Source: Pseudomonadota bacterium
Lineage (GTDB): Bacteria > Desulfobacterota > Desulfobacteria > Desulfobacterales > UBA11574
Reading direction: 5' to 3'
Assembly: GCA_043827325.1 (NCBI GenBank)
Contig: JBDRPF010000071.1
Span: 7,795-71,794 of the forward strand
DNA length: 64,000 nucleotides
The notes beneath the pieces are model-generated. The model was not told the origin of the DNA, searched no databases, and saw only the letters and a program-made list of their open reading frames with translations. Positions 9,479-17,858 of this stretch are shown here, one piece after another (the first letter of the stretch is position 1; every line of letters begins with the position of its first letter). The position numbers were made by a program, and so were the translations under genes.

Positions 9479-9886
9479 ATGACTGAATCACTGAAGGCCG
9501 GCATGACCCATGAAATCGAACGGCAAACAACGGAAGATATGTCGGCACAAAAGGTCTTCCCTCACGTCCCCAATGTCTATGCTACGAGCGTGATGGTGGG
9601 ACACATGGAAGAGGTTTGTGCAGGGATGGTCCACCCTCACCTGGGTGAAGGCGAGCAAACCGTTGGCATCGGAATGCAATTCTCGCACACGGCGGCGACG
9701 CCTTTGGGAATGACGGTTCGGTTCAGCACCAAGTTGATCGAGATAGATGGCCGAAAACTGGTCTTCGAGGTGGAAGGCTTTGATGAGGCAGGCAGTATCG
9801 GCAAAGCCACCCATCAGCGATTTATTATCAATGCGGACAAATTCAACAGCAAGATGGCGGAAAAAGCTGAAAAATCAGGAAAATAA
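9479..9886 (+). CDS. hotdog thioesterase, fluoroacetyl-CoA thioesterase (FlK) family
   Basis: VYATSVMVGHME, TVG....SHTAATPLGM, HQRFII. Confidence 0.8.
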   Translation: MTESLKAGMTHEIERQTTEDMSAQKVFPHVPNVYATSVMVGHMEEVCAGMVHPHLGEGEQTVGIGMQFSHTAATPLGMTVRFSTKLIEIDGRKLVFEVEGFDEAGSIGKATHQRFIINADKFNSKMAEKAEKSGK

Positions 9887-9891
9887 AAGAT

Positions 9892-9946
9892 TTTGACAGG
9901 ATAACAGGATAAAAAATCATCTTGTCTATCCGGTTATCCTGTCTAA
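9892..9946. repeat. inverted 9-bp array (ACAGGAT / ATCCTGT)
   Basis: TTTGACAGGATAACAGGATAA...ATCTTGTCTATCCGGTTATCCTGTCTAAA; half copy at 13809-13830. Confidence 0.6.
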
Positions 9947-9966
9947 AATATACAAGGAGGTGCGTC

Positions 9967-11988
9967 ATGGCAATGCCAGACTCCATTAGCCAATTGGACG
10001 CCGTTTTGAAACCCAAAAGCGTGGCCGTTATCGGGGCTTCGACCAGCCCGGGAAAACTGGGCCATGAAATCATGAAAAACATACTGGACAGCGGCTTTAA
10101 AGGGGCTGTCTACCCCATCAATCCCAAAGCCGCCGCCATCCTGGATATTCCCTGCCATGTGAGTGTCAAAGATATTGCCGAAGCGCCGGATCTCGCCGTC
10201 ATCATCATCCCGGCCCGATTTGTCCCGCAGGCGGTTCAGGAGTGCGGTGAAGCCGGCGTAAAGGGCGTGGTGATTATTACCGGCGGTTTCAGCGAGTCCG
10301 GGCCTGAAGGAGAAGCGCTTCAGCAGCAGGTGGTTGAAAATGCCCGAAAGTACGGTGTCCGTGTCATCGGGCCCAACTGCCAGGGCGTAAACAATCCCCA
10401 TCACCCCCTGTGCGCGTCCTGGCCGCTGTTGACCTACCGGGGCAAAATCGCGCTGCTTTCCCAGAGCGGAACGGTGGGCGCGGCCATGATGGACTGGCTG
10501 TCCGAAGACAAGCTGGGAACCGCCGGTTTTGTCAGTATGGGAAACCGGGCCGATGTGGATGAAGCGGATCTGATCGCCTATTTCAATCAGGATCCAAACA
10601 CCGAGGTTATCGCTGCCTACATCGAGGGCATAAAACGCCCGGAGCGGTTCATCGAAGCGGTAAAGCAACTCAAAAAACCGCTGGTGATTCTCAAGTCGGG
10701 CCGTACCCCGAAAGGCAAGGTGGCGGCCGAATCCCACACCAAGTCTCTGGCAGGCGCTGATGCCATTTATGAGGCCCTCTTTTCAAAATACAACATCTGC
10801 AGGGCCTACACCGCGGAAGAATTTTACGACTATGCCAAGGCCCTGGCCTATCTGAAAGCACCCAAGGGCAACCGTATTCTGTTTATCACCACATCGGGCG
10901 GCGCCGCCATTCTTGCCACGGATCAGGCCGAGCAGGAAGGTCTGGATGTCTCTCCATTGCCGGACGAGGCCGTGGAAGCCGTCACACCGCTCATTCCCGC
11001 ACATGCCATTAAATCCAACCCCATAGATCTCACAGGCGACGCCACCGCTCAGATGTTCGGTGAGGTGATCGGGGTAACTCGAAAATATTACGACACCCTG
11101 GGCGTGATTTTCGGAGACCCGGTGGAGGGCGCTTCCAATGTGGCAACCCCCGGTGCCAATGAACTGATAATCTTTTACGGCGGGGCAGATGTCGAACGCC
11201 ATGAAAGAGAACTCATGCACCTCAAGGGGATTCCCGTTTTTCCCACACCGGAACGCGGGATCAAGGCCCTTGCCAGGGTCATTGAAAAAAAGAAGCTGGC
11301 GGCGGCACAAAAACCCACAATAACCGTCCCGGCAACGGGGCGCCATGTCTCCCCGTATCAGGCGATGACACGAATTGCCGGGCAGGGGATTCCCTGCGCC
11401 GGTTTCGGTCGGGCAGGGAGTGCCGCCGGTGCGGTCAAAATCGCAAAAGAGCAGGGCTTCCCAGTGGTGCTCAAAATCAGCTCCCCGGACATTCTCCATA
11501 AAAGCGACGTGGGCGGCGTTCGCCTCAATCTGGATTCTCCTGAGGCGGTAGAGAAAGCATACGAAAAAATGCTGGCAGCGGTCCGCCGCGCCCTGCCGGA
11601 GGCCCGGGCAGGGGATGTGCTGGTGGGCAAGATGGCGCCGCCGGGGCTGGAGGTCATCATCGGCATGAATCGCGACCCGCAGTTTGGCCCGGTCATGCTG
11701 TTCGGGCTCGGGGGCATCATGGTCGAAATCTTCCAGGACGTCAGCCTGAGGCTTCTTCCCTTGAGTCGTGGTGAGGCGCTGGATATGATCCGGGAAATCA
11801 AGGGGTACACGCTTCTCTCAGGGTACCGCGGCCGGCCGGCGGTGGATGAGCAGGCCCTGGCCGACTGTCTCATAACGGTGGCTCAAATGGCTGAAAACCA
11901 TCCCGAGATTCTCGAGATCGATCTGAACCCGGTCATCGCCTACCCGGATGGGATACTGGTGGTAGACGCAAGGATCATTGAAAAATAA
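9967..11988 (+). CDS. ADP-forming acyl-CoA synthetase (CoA-binding + ligase + ATP-grasp)
   Basis: PKSVAVIGAS, IGPNCQG, SQSG, phospho-His site SHT, HKSDVGGV, DPQFGP, EIDLNP; ATG 9967 after AGGAGG. Confidence 0.9.
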   Translation: MAMPDSISQLDAVLKPKSVAVIGASTSPGKLGHEIMKNILDSGFKGAVYPINPKAAAILDIPCHVSVKDIAEAPDLAVIIIPARFVPQAVQECGEAGVKGVVIITGGFSESGPEGEALQQQVVENARKYGVRVIGPNCQGVNNPHHPLCASWPLLTYRGKIALLSQSGTVGAAMMDWLSEDKLGTAGFVSMGNRADVDEADLIAYFNQDPNTEVIAAYIEGIKRPERFIEAVKQLKKPLVILKSGRTPKGKVAAESHTKSLAGADAIYEALFSKYNICRAYTAEEFYDYAKALAYLKAPKGNRILFITTSGGAAILATDQAEQEGLDVSPLPDEAVEAVTPLIPAHAIKSNPIDLTGDATAQMFGEVIGVTRKYYDTLGVIFGDPVEGASNVATPGANELIIFYGGADVERHERELMHLKGIPVFPTPERGIKALARVIEKKKLAAAQKPTITVPATGRHVSPYQAMTRIAGQGIPCAGFGRAGSAAGAVKIAKEQGFPVVLKISSPDILHKSDVGGVRLNLDSPEAVEKAYEKMLAAVRRALPEARAGDVLVGKMAPPGLEVIIGMNRDPQFGPVMLFGLGGIMVEIFQDVSLRLLPLSRGEALDMIREIKGYTLLSGYRGRPAVDEQALADCLITVAQMAENHPEILEIDLNPVIAYPDGILVVDARIIEK

Positions 11989-12002
11989 AAGAAGAAATCA
12001 AT

Positions 12003-12941
12003 ATGACATCAGAAACCGACCGGCTGATATCGAAACTCAAAGCCCGTTACCCTATGCTGCAGTACTTCACGGACCGCACATTTGGTGTGGAAATCGAGTT
12101 TTTCGGGTTGCAATATGTTGCCATACCGACAAACAACGGCATCATAAAACCTTACAATATTTCCTCTCGAGCCAAAGATGGACGGCACATGCTCGATCTG
12201 ATTAAGGATAACAAAATACCTATAGGTGATGACAGGGAATCCTGGCATTTCGAGAAAGATAGATCGGTTAGAGGAAAAGGTCATACCAAATGCGGCGCCG
12301 AACTAACCAGCCCCATCCTGAGTGGAATAAACGGACTGATGCAGGTCTACCGGATGTTCCAGTTTCTCAGTGACATCGCGGGAATCGATATCGACAAATC
12401 CTGCGGGCTTCATGTCCATCACGGCGTTGACCCGGCTAAGTATAACTGTGCACACCTGCAGCAGCTCGTCCGGATCGTCCATCCGTTTGAAAAACAGTTA
12501 TATTTGCTTATTCCTGGAAATCGAGAGGAAGCGGATACCTGCCGGCCCATGGAAATCAATGTGGAGGCCTTTTTGGATATCTGTGAAGCTTACACAGAAA
12601 CCGGCAGCTGCGAGATCAAAAATCTCTGGTATTCGACTAAAAATCGATGTGAAGAGGAATCCAGAAATTATACCCGCTATGACAAAACCCGATACCACGG
12701 TTTGAACCTCCACTCCTACTGGTATCGCTCCACCATTGAATTTCGATATCATTCAGCCATATTGCACAACATCGATGAAGCCATGCAGTGGATCGTTTTC
12801 ACGCAGTTTCTCGTTGAATTGAGTCAGGGGAATGCCCCGAAAATCTTCTACTTCCCCGAAGCAAACAAGTGGATGGAAACCATATACGATATTTACATGG
12901 ATCTGGGATATGAAAATCAGATCAAGATGGTCGCAAACTAG
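12003..12941 (+). CDS. putative amidoligase (Amidoligase_2, COOH-NH2 ligase fold)
   Basis: RTFGVEIEF, D.SV, AELTSPIL, SCGLHVH, RYHGLNL, TIEFR. Confidence 0.8.
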   Translation: MTSETDRLISKLKARYPMLQYFTDRTFGVEIEFFGLQYVAIPTNNGIIKPYNISSRAKDGRHMLDLIKDNKIPIGDDRESWHFEKDRSVRGKGHTKCGAELTSPILSGINGLMQVYRMFQFLSDIAGIDIDKSCGLHVHHGVDPAKYNCAHLQQLVRIVHPFEKQLYLLIPGNREEADTCRPMEINVEAFLDICEAYTETGSCEIKNLWYSTKNRCEEESRNYTRYDKTRYHGLNLHSYWYRSTIEFRYHSAILHNIDEAMQWIVFTQFLVELSQGNAPKIFYFPEANKWMETIYDIYMDLGYENQIKMVAN

Positions 12942-12956
12942 CCCGAATCGATTTTT

Positions 12957-13017
12957 CAAAATAATGACCGGCAGAACGATCGGATTGGAGAATTATTTTG
13001 CCCTAAATTATTTTGCC
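12957..13017. repeat. GGCAAAATAAT inverted dimer repeat, copy B
   Basis: CAAAATAAT/GGCAGAACGAT, then ATTATTTTGCC twice at 12992 and 13007. Confidence 0.65.
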
Positions 13018-13045
13018 GGTGATTTATCGCAAAGTGGAGACGATC

Positions 13046-13786
13046 ATGTGTGATGTTCTCGCCATATCGGCAGGATACAACTATACGCCCCAAAAGTACC
13101 TGCCCATATTCGCGGAAAAGGGCAAGGAAAACATGAACGGCTGGGGTATCGGCTTTTTTCGCGAGGACCAGGCCCTGGTGGAAAGGTCCTCGGAGCAGGT
13201 GTTCAGCAATCAGCAAGTTCATGAAAGCTTCCAGAGGCTTGCCCGGGTCATCGACAGCCGGATCATTATATCCCATGTCAACTGTCCGAAGAGCGGCGGC
13301 CGGCACGGCGGGGAAAGCCTCCCCCATATGCTCCATTTTCTGGACCACACCTGGCTTTTTGTTCAGATCGGCGCTATTAAGGAAATAGAAACATACCGGA
13401 CCGTCAAAGGCCCCCGGCTGGAAATCGAGGTCTTTACAGCCAGAATTTTTGAGTATTTGAGAGATCAACTGATTTCATTGACGGAACAAAATCCATACAT
13501 CAGCTTGTATATGGCCCTGCGCCTGGGTATTGAAAAGCTCCTTTCAGACTATCCGGGGCGTTACATTTTTTTTCTGGCCAACGAATCGGTGCTGTTCGCT
13601 TTCTGCAATTTTCGGCAATTCCTAATCCTCAAGGAATCCGAGAGAATGGGAGATATCCTGCTCATCACCTCTCTCAAACAGGGGCTAAGCCCGAACAACT
13701 GGCTTTCGATCAAGCCTGAAAAGAATTCCAAAGGAAAGCTCGTGGTCATTGCCGGGCCGGATTTGCTGTATGTCGATGATGTATAA
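13046..13786 (+). CDS. class II glutamine amidotransferase-like protein (YafJ/EgtC-like), degenerate active-site motifs
   Basis: N-terminal MC, NGWGIGFF, ISHV; HNG replaced by QIG and the conserved Arg is absent; paralog of the next gene. Confidence 0.75.
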   Translation: MCDVLAISAGYNYTPQKYLPIFAEKGKENMNGWGIGFFREDQALVERSSEQVFSNQQVHESFQRLARVIDSRIIISHVNCPKSGGRHGGESLPHMLHFLDHTWLFVQIGAIKEIETYRTVKGPRLEIEVFTARIFEYLRDQLISLTEQNPYISLYMALRLGIEKLLSDYPGRYIFFLANESVLFAFCNFRQFLILKESERMGDILLITSLKQGLSPNNWLSIKPEKNSKGKLVVIAGPDLLYVDDV

Positions 13787-13831
13787 ATAAGGCCAACATC
13801 ACCAGATTAATCTTGTAATCCTGTCAAAAAA

Positions 13832-14575
13832 ATGTGTGACCTTTTTGCCCTCTCTGCAAAGAAAGATTACTCGTTGCCCAGATCCCTGCCTGTCTTCGCG
13901 TATCAGGCCCGGAAAAACATGGACGGCTGGGGCATCGGCTATTTCAGGAAACATCATGCCTTTGTGGAGAAGTCGGCGAAACGCGTTTTTGTTTCAGGGC
14001 AGGTTCACGACAGTCTCGAGAGACTGGCCCGGGTCGTGAAAAGCCGGATTATCATCTGCCACGTCCGTTTTCAAACCAGCGGCCCTGTTGATGAATGCCA
14101 TGCCCATCCCTTTACCCTTCGCTTCGCCGGTCACAACTGGATATTCGCCCACAATGGAAAGGCACCGGCCATTGAATCCTATAAAAGCACCGGTATCGTC
14201 ATCGAGGACGCCGTAAGCGATTCGGCGCGGACGTTTGAGTGTCTGCGGGACCATCTGCTGGAGAATTTTCAGATGGGAATCGGCGTTCCGGATCTTTTTA
14301 AAACCCTGTGCCGGGGCACGGAACAAATGGTTGATATGTATCCCGGCGAGTACAATTACCTGCTGTCCAACGGCAGGATTATCTTCGCCTTCACCAACCA
14401 TCGACAGTTTATGTTTCTCAAGGAGAGCAAAAGGCTGGAGGCCGGTCTGCTCCTGACCACCGTAGCCCGCGGCCTCAGCAATGAAAAGTGGCAGCGGATG
14501 GCCCGGGCTTCCAATCGAAAAGGTATGCTTCTGGCGATTTCGGGGACGGATATAATTTTGCAGGAATCGTTCTAA
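13832..14575 (+). CDS. class II glutamine amidotransferase (YafJ/EgtC-like Ntn hydrolase)
   Basis: MCDLF, DGWGIGYF, HVRFQTSG, HPF, FAHNG, DSARTF, NYLLSNG. Confidence 0.85.
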   Translation: MCDLFALSAKKDYSLPRSLPVFAYQARKNMDGWGIGYFRKHHAFVEKSAKRVFVSGQVHDSLERLARVVKSRIIICHVRFQTSGPVDECHAHPFTLRFAGHNWIFAHNGKAPAIESYKSTGIVIEDAVSDSARTFECLRDHLLENFQMGIGVPDLFKTLCRGTEQMVDMYPGEYNYLLSNGRIIFAFTNHRQFMFLKESKRLEAGLLLTTVARGLSNEKWQRMARASNRKGMLLAISGTDIILQESF

Positions 14576-14601
14576 GATTTTAGATTGCCGACTGCGTATT
14601 T

Positions 14602-14668
14602 GGCAAAATCATTGATGGCAAAATAATTAAACCAAATCTGTAATCATTTTTCCCGAAATTATTTTGCT
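14602..14668. repeat. GGCAAAATAAT inverted dimer repeat, copy C
   Basis: GGCAAAATCAT/GGCAAAATAAT (14602, 14617) and inverted units at 14643 and 14658; overlaps the thioesterase stop. Confidence 0.65.
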
Positions 14669-15081
14669 AAAGAAAGCCCCTGTAGTTTCTCTGCTATCAT
14701 CTTCGGCAGCGGTATGGCCTTCCAGGTGTGATCGATCGCCACGAACGTGACGCTGCCCTCGGCGCACAGCCGGGTCTCCGGGGGGCGGTAGAAATGAAAC
14801 TGGAAAACAATGGCCTTTTCCTTGATTTCCCTGACAGATGTGTGCATTTCGAGCGATTCGCCGTAATGGGCCGGGACAAAAAAACGGCAATCCGCGGCGA
14901 CTTTGGGCATTCCGAATTTTTCATCCGTGTTCCGGAAAAAGGTCTCCGGGGGTATGCCGATACTGCTGAGGAACTCTTCGATACCGATGTGGAAATAACG
15001 GAAATAGGCCACAAAGTAAACCACGCCGTACGGGTCGGTATCACCGAAACGGACTTTAATCCGGGTCTTGTGTGTCAGCAT
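14659..15081 (-). CDS. acyl-CoA thioesterase (4HBT/YbgC family)
   Basis: VRFGDTDPYGVVYF..YFRYF; ATG 15081 preceded by GGAGG. Confidence 0.85.
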   Translation of the reverse strand: MLTHKTRIKVRFGDTDPYGVVYFVAYFRYFHIGIEEFLSSIGIPPETFFRNTDEKFGMPKVAADCRFFVPAHYGESLEMHTSVREIKEKAIVFQFHFYRPPETRLCAEGSVTFVAIDHTWKAIPLPKMIAEKLQGLSLAK

Positions 15082-15310
15082 GTTGCACCTCCTGCGGATT
15101 CGAGATGAAGCGTCCGGGTTGTCGCACCCCATCAATTTTACTGGCATAACCGGACAGAGTATGTCAATACAAAAGCATGCGATTTTAAATTGTCCGTGTT
15201 CATGGACAAGATAATGGCGTTGACAGCTGCCGGGAAGAACCCGCGGAGGCGATACACCGGTGGGTGTCCCGGGCAAACAGGTTGCCCGAATAAATAATAG
15301 GGTAGGCACG

Positions 15311-16069
15311 ATGTCTGAAAAAGGTACTGTTTTCTTTCCGGAACGTTTCCTCGAAGCAACACCAAAGAATTACGGATTAAAAGATTACGAGGATGTTTTC
15401 TTTTCCGCGGAAGATGGAACCCGATTACACGGCTGGTTTGTTTCCGGGCCGGATGAACGGGCCGTCCTGTTATGGTTTCACGGCAATGCAGGAAACATCA
15501 GCCATCGTCTGGACAACCTGAAAAGGCTGCATGACGCTTTGCAGATCCCGATTTTTATCTTTGATTATCGGGAATACGGGCTGAGCGAAGGCGAAATCTC
15601 AAAAGCCGGCACCTTTTCGGATGCCTATGGCGCACTGCGCCATCTTAAAGACGAGAAGGGGTTTTCGGCCTCTTCAATTCTCCTGTTCGGTCGTTCCCTG
15701 GGAACCGCCCTTGCAGTGGATCTCGCCGCCAACACAGAATGCCTCGGGGTGATCCTGGAGGCCGCCTTTACCTCAACCGATGACATGATGCGAATGTATG
15801 CCCCGTTCATACCGCCGCAGCCGAAGACGGCGCGTAAATATGACAGCCTGTCCTTGATTCACCGGATCCGCTCACCCATTCTGTTTCTTCACGGTCAGTT
15901 TGACATGACCATTCCCGTGTCTATGGGGCGCAAATTGTATGAGACGGCACAGTCGCCCAAGGAATTTTATGAAATACCGGGGGCGGGACACAACGACACC
16001 TATCTTGTCGGCGGAAACGCATATTTTGCCGTGTGGCAAAAATTTTTGATACAATGTCTCAACAGTTAA
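15311..16069 (+). CDS. alpha/beta hydrolase (ABHD13/Bem46-like)
   Basis: FHGNAGNI, DYREYG, GRSLG nucleophile, HGQFD, GAGHND. Confidence 0.85.
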   Translation: MSEKGTVFFPERFLEATPKNYGLKDYEDVFFSAEDGTRLHGWFVSGPDERAVLLWFHGNAGNISHRLDNLKRLHDALQIPIFIFDYREYGLSEGEISKAGTFSDAYGALRHLKDEKGFSASSILLFGRSLGTALAVDLAANTECLGVILEAAFTSTDDMMRMYAPFIPPQPKTARKYDSLSLIHRIRSPILFLHGQFDMTIPVSMGRKLYETAQSPKEFYEIPGAGHNDTYLVGGNAYFAVWQKFLIQCLNS

Positions 16070-16109
16070 AGAAAAACGCTATTATGGCAACTGTGATATA
16101 AGGGGCAAC

Positions 16110-16454
16110 ATGGAAGCGGAAAAAGACGAAATACAAGACGATTTAGACTGGGAGCGTCGCACATTGTGCAGTGACGAAAGCTGTATCGGAGTCATCGGCG
16201 CTGACGGGCGCTGTAATGAGTGTGGAAAAGCCTATGACGGTGAACCGCCGGAAGAAGATCCGGAAGCAGGCGCCGGAGAAAAATATGTTGAAGATAATGC
16301 GCTTGAAACCGGTGTCCCGGATGACGAAGACGCCGATGCGACATCGGACGTCGACTGGGAACACCGTACGCTGTGCAGCGACGAAAGCTGTATCGGGGTC
16401 ATCGACCCTGACGGGCGCTGCAATGAATGCGGCAAGCCGTTCAAAGACAGGTGA
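16110..16454 (+). CDS. small acidic protein with two tandem Cys4 modules
   Basis: two copies of DWE.RTLCSDESCIGVI..DGRCNECGK with mostly synonymous DNA differences (16146-16232 vs 16353-16439). Confidence 0.75.
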   Translation: MEAEKDEIQDDLDWERRTLCSDESCIGVIGADGRCNECGKAYDGEPPEEDPEAGAGEKYVEDNALETGVPDDEDADATSDVDWEHRTLCSDESCIGVIDPDGRCNECGKPFKDR

Positions 16455-16490
16455 TATCAAACGTCTCTGCCCATAAAAAACTGCAAAATT

Positions 16491-17501
16491 TTATTCGTGC
16501 TCCAGAATTTCATAAATAGACCTGACCTGGCGGCACAGGCTCTCGAACTGGTGCGGGTAAAGAGACTGGCCCCCGTCGCTCAGCGCCTCTTCGGGCGCGT
16601 GATGGACTTCGACCATCAGCCCGTGTGAATCTACGGCCACCGCGGCCCGGCTAAGCGGGATCACCTGATCTCTGCGCCCGGCGGCATGGCTGGGATCGAT
16701 AATAATAGGCAGGTGGCTCTCTTTGCGAACAACGGGTATGGCGGAAAGGTCAAGGGTGTTCCGGCTGTGATGAACAAAGGTTCGAACGCCTCTTTCGCAT
16801 AGAATCACGCGCGAGTTCCCCCCTTCCAGGATATATTCCGCCGCCATCAACCATTCCTCGATGGTCGCGGCCATGCCCCGCTTGAGAAGAACCGGCTTCT
16901 GAGCCCGGCCGGCCCGGCGCAGCAGGCTGAAGTTCTGCATGTTTCGCGTCCCGATCTGGAGTATATCGGTGTATTCCTCCACCAGGTCGAAGCTCTCGTA
17001 ATCCATCACTTCGGTAACAACCGGCATTCCCGTGGCTTCCCTCACCTGTGCCAGAATTTTCAAGCCTTTTTCGCCCAACCCCTGGAATGAATACGGCGAG
17101 GTTCTGGGTTTGAACGCCCCGCCCCTGAAGATATGGGCTCCGGCCTTCCGGACATGTTCGGCAATCGTCATCGCCTGGGTTTCACTTTCAATTGCGCATG
17201 GCCCGGCCATTATTACAAAATGCCCGTCGCCGATTTTCACATCGCCAATTTCAATCACCGTGTCTTCAGATTTAAACTCACGGCTCACCTGTTTGTAGGG
17301 CCGGGTGACCGGTATGGCGTCCTTGACGCCCGGCAATCCCAAAAACAGGTAAGGATCGACAGGGCCTTCATTGTTTAAAATGCCAATGGAAACCCTTTCG
17401 CCCCCCGGGATGGGACGGGCCGTGTACCCTTTATTTTGAATGACGGCCACGACAGCAGCGATTTGTTCGGGTGTTGCTTTATGGTCCATTACAATCAGCA
17501 T
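16491..17501 (-). CDS. aroF: DAHP synthase, class I-beta with N-terminal regulatory domain
   Basis: AGPCAIES, RGGAFKPRTSPYSFQG, IGTRNMQN, LLKRG, LCERG, DPSH, EVH. Confidence 0.92.
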   Translation of the reverse strand: MLIVMDHKATPEQIAAVVAVIQNKGYTARPIPGGERVSIGILNNEGPVDPYLFLGLPGVKDAIPVTRPYKQVSREFKSEDTVIEIGDVKIGDGHFVIMAGPCAIESETQAMTIAEHVRKAGAHIFRGGAFKPRTSPYSFQGLGEKGLKILAQVREATGMPVVTEVMDYESFDLVEEYTDILQIGTRNMQNFSLLRRAGRAQKPVLLKRGMAATIEEWLMAAEYILEGGNSRVILCERGVRTFVHHSRNTLDLSAIPVVRKESHLPIIIDPSHAAGRRDQVIPLSRAAVAVDSHGLMVEVHHAPEEALSDGGQSLYPHQFESLCRQVRSIYEILEHE

Positions 17502-17523
17502 GATTCCACCTCCTTAAATAATT

Positions 17524-17559
17524 AAAAAAAGGGACGCGGCTCTTCTCCGCAGTCCCTTT
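17524..17559 (-). terminator. second terminator-like hairpin in the aroF leader
   Basis: minus strand AAAGGGACTGCGG-AGAAGAG-CCGCGTCCCTTTTTTT. Confidence 0.6.
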
Positions 17560-17564
17560 GGAAT

Positions 17565-17603
17565 AAAAAAAGGACCGCGGGTTTCGAGGCGCCCGCGGTC
17601 CTT
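17565..17603 (-). terminator. attenuator terminator of the aroF leader
   Basis: minus strand AAGGACCGCGGG-loop-CCCGCGGTCCTTTTTTT, perfect 12-bp stem. Confidence 0.8.
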
Positions 17604-17625
17604 AAAATCGCTTAAGCTAAATGGC

Positions 17626-17703
17626 TCACAGTGATACCAACCGGTCGGATCGCCCCTCCTTCGCAGTGTTCCACCACCAGCACCAATAGCTGAAATGCTT
17701 CAT
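17626..17703 (-). CDS. aromatic-amino-acid leader peptide MKHFSYWCWWWNTAKEGRSDRLVSL
   Basis: translated by hand (below the ORF-track cutoff); 4 Trp, 1 Tyr and 1 Phe within codons 4-11; followed by a terminator, upstream of DAHP synthase. Confidence 0.85.
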   Translation of the reverse strand: MKHFSYWCWWWNTAKEGRSDRLVSL

Positions 17704-17858
17704 TGAACCTTTCATTTCCAATGCTCCGCTTTCACGCAGTTTTGTATTATAGCAAGCTGTTTATATGATCCGATCCGCGCTTGTCAATACCTTTTTCCGG
17801 CGCGGCGCAGCCGCGCGATATAAAATCGCGAAACCTGAATTTTGCGGGTGAAACGATT

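Noticed and set aside
16146-16439. Direct repeat as a DGR template/variable repeat pair (given the Avd-like fold at 7306)
   Set aside because: Both copies lie in one ORF, the differences are mostly synonymous and not adenine-specific, and no reverse transcriptase is present.
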